From contig NC_067402.1 in the NCBI RefSeq assembly GCF_016432865.1, positions 219,480,001-219,544,000 on the forward strand: 64,000 nucleotides of DNA. Reading direction: 5' to 3'. Origin of the DNA: Antechinus flavipes. Lineage: Eukaryota. Positions within the stretch are counted from its first letter, which is position 1; each line of letters begins with the position of its first letter. A program made the translations under genes and the position numbers. The notes under the pieces were generated by a model. That model was not told where the DNA came from. It did not search any database and saw nothing but the letters and a program-made list of their open reading frames with translations. Shown here piece by piece: positions 61,739 to 64,000 of this stretch.

Positions 61739-62244
61739 ATTTATTTATTTTTATTTATTTAATAATAACTTTGTATTGACAGAATCCATACCAGGATAAT
61801 TTTTTTACAACATTATCCCTTGCACTTGCTTATGTTTCGTTTTTTCCCCTCCCTCCCTCCACCCCCCTCCCCCCAAGATGGCAAGCAGTCCTAAATATGT
61901 TAAATATGTTGCAGTATATCCTAGATACAATACATATTTGCAGAACCGAACAGTTCTCCCGCTGCACAGGGAGAATTGGATTCAGAAGGTAAAAATAACT
62001 CGGGAAGAAAATCAAAAATGCAAATAGTTCACATTCATTTCCCAGTGTTACTTCTTTGGGTGTAGCTGTTTCTGTCCATCATTTATCCATTGAAACTCAG
62101 GTCTCTTTGTCATAGAAATCCACTTCCATCAGAATACATCCTCATACAATATCATTGTCGAAGTGTATAATGATCTCCTGGTTCTGCTCATCTCACTTAG
62201 CATCAGTCCATGTAGGTCTCTCCAAGCCTCTGTATTCATCCTGC
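61739..62244 (-). mobile_element. Second young L1 3' end of the same subfamily (~505 bp)
   Basis: Near-identical to 55350-55862; ends in EAWRDLHGLMLSEMSRTRRSLYTS; candidate TSD taaaccttt at 61730-61738 and 62245-62253. Confidence 0.92.
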
Positions 62245-62669
62245 TAAACCTTTTTTTTTGATTGAAGAATAGGGAAGGGTATAAAGTATTAGATTTTTCT
62301 TGAGTGGCATAAAAGGTCATAGACATGTAAATTGAATGAAGTTTACTTGGGACTGGGAAAATTATTAACCAAGAGAGCAAGGTGTTTCTAGGACCATTAA
62401 TATTTTATTGGACAGACAAGGTTAAAGGGATTAATGGATATGAAACTTGGACTCTCTTCTGTTTCCTTTCTATCATCAAACATCAGGTTGGTGGGGAATT
62501 TGGAGGACCAGAGGCTCCTTGTTAGATAGTTCCTCAGTAAATACTTAAATAACTTAATTCTGGTGGGAATGTTAGTTTTTATGTTCTTTCACAAAATTCA
62601 AAGCTCACATGAGTTTTTTCTCATTATAATTCATTGTCAGAGAATGAAGCTTTTAAAAGTGACCACAAA

Positions 62670-62852
62670 GGGCAGCTAGGTGGCACAGTGGATAGAGCAC
62701 CAGTCCTGAATTCAAGAGGACCTGAGTTCAAATCTAGCCTTAGACACTTAACACTTAGACACTTAACACTTCCTAGCTGTGTGACCCTGGGCAAGTCACT
62801 TAACCCCACGTGCCCCAACCAAAACAAATCAATCAATAAATAAAATAGAAAT
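62670..62852 (+). mobile_element. WSINE1-like SINE with A-rich tail and 16-bp TSD
   Basis: gggcagctaggtggcacagtggatagagcacc head, B-box gttcaaatc; TSD aaaagtgaccacaaag (62655-62670) and aaaagtaaccacaaag (62853-62868); TTTT/AAAA insertion site. Confidence 0.9.
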
Positions 62853-63841
62853 AAAAGTAACCACAAAGCTGCCAAAGTTCCTTCCCTACATCTAACAATC
62901 CAGGTTCTTTAATAAGGAATTGATAACACTTAGCACAGTGTCTGACACACAGAAGACACTTGATAAATTCATAGTAGGTTGGAACTCGGTATTGCTGTTA
63001 TACATTATCAGGCCACATATTTCCTTGCATTTATATGGTATGTAAGGAGGTTAAAATAAGTGGTTTGGTGTGAAGTTTGTGTGTTATCTAACAAGCAGAT
63101 GAATATTAGGAAACAATCAGTTAATCAACACTTGAACCCAGAATCCCAGATTTCTGCTCATTGGAATCTGAGTTCAAGCATATAGAATTGGGTCATGCTT
63201 TACCCTTTAACATCTGCATGGGCATCATTCCCCTATAGGTCTACAGTAATGGGGCAGTCTAAGATCTTTCTGCTTCTTAATATAACTTGTTGATGAATTC
63301 GAGTAGAGACTTATTCCATGCCTCAACCCATTGCATGGTTTTTGATATAGTTTTTTCATAGTCTTTGAGTTTACTTGATCCCGCTTGAGGCCTTAGTTCC
63401 CTGGCCAAAACAGTTCTCAGTGGGTTCTGTTGGACCAATAGTTGGACTGAGGAGAGCCAGCGGGAGAGCTAGCATTTGTGAATAAACTTTTAATTGTTGA
63501 AATGTGGCTTCAGTGCCCTTGGAGTAGATAATGAATAAACAGCAAATTTGAACTAGCCTAATTATTGTTTTATTGTGGACCAGCTCTTCCATGGTGGACC
63601 TGCTTATTTCTTCTTCAATTCCTTGAGCATACTATATATGTCATGTATTTCATAGGCATAATCTGATATTTCTTCTCTCTTGCCTTATAATCTTTTTTCT
63701 CTCCTCATTTCCTCTCCTCTTTTATCCCCAAAGAAAGACCCATTAGTCCATGTTTCTAGCCTAAGTCTTTATGAATGCATTCCTTGTTGGTTTAGGATAA
63801 TAGAAACTTTACAAGGCAAAGAATGATATTGGCTTTTATAG

Positions 63842-64000
63842 GTTGTTTTTTTTTTTTTTTTTTTTTTTTTCCCTGAGGCATTTAAGGCTAAGTGACTTGC
63901 CCAGGATCACACAGCCAGGAAGTGTTAAGTGTTTGAGGTTAGATTTGAACTCAGGTCCTTCTTACTTCAAGGCTAGTGCTTTATCCACTGTGTCACCTAG
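63842..64000 (-). mobile_element. WSINE1-like SINE truncated by the window end
   Basis: T-tail, aagtgacttgcccaggatcacacag...agatttgaactcagg...tatccactgtgtcacctag. Confidence 0.85.

Noticed and set aside
1-64000. tRNA genes, snoRNAs, CRISPR arrays
   Set aside because: A/B-box-like text belongs to tRNA-derived SINEs; no cloverleaf, snoRNA box pair or spacer-repeat array was recognised.

Overview
Mammalian (marsupial, probably dasyurid, judged from SINE/L1 types) genomic DNA with three small N gaps, syntenic to the human 12q13 block. It holds five multi-exon genes, reconstructed by hand from splice sites and recognisable protein: MMP19 (+, 18904-27234, 9 coding exons, with an apparent 1-nt frameshift in the poly-Glu hinge exon), an intact TMEM198B (-, 30240-32519), DNAJC14 (+, 35915-39818), ORMDL2 (-, 41078-42255) and SARNP (+, exons 1-9, 43366-60767; the last exons lie beyond the window). 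Two CpG-island bidirectional promoters drive TMEM198B/DNAJC14 and ORMDL2/SARNP. The first ~14.5 kb and the SARNP introns are a mosaic of L2, CR1/L3, MIR/Mar1/WSINE-type SINEs, L1 3' ends, hAT MITEs and two candidate solo LTRs. I see no clearly new multi-gene system. The best leads are the MMP19 frameshift (with a possible rescue acceptor), an exact 23-bp repeat shared by the DNAJC14 3'UTR and an ORMDL2 intron that carries a miR-9 seed site, and several candidate post-transcriptional controls (uORFs, a poison exon, weak polyA signals). Repeat family names come from recalled consensus sequences, not a database search, and repeat boundaries are approximate unless a TSD is given.
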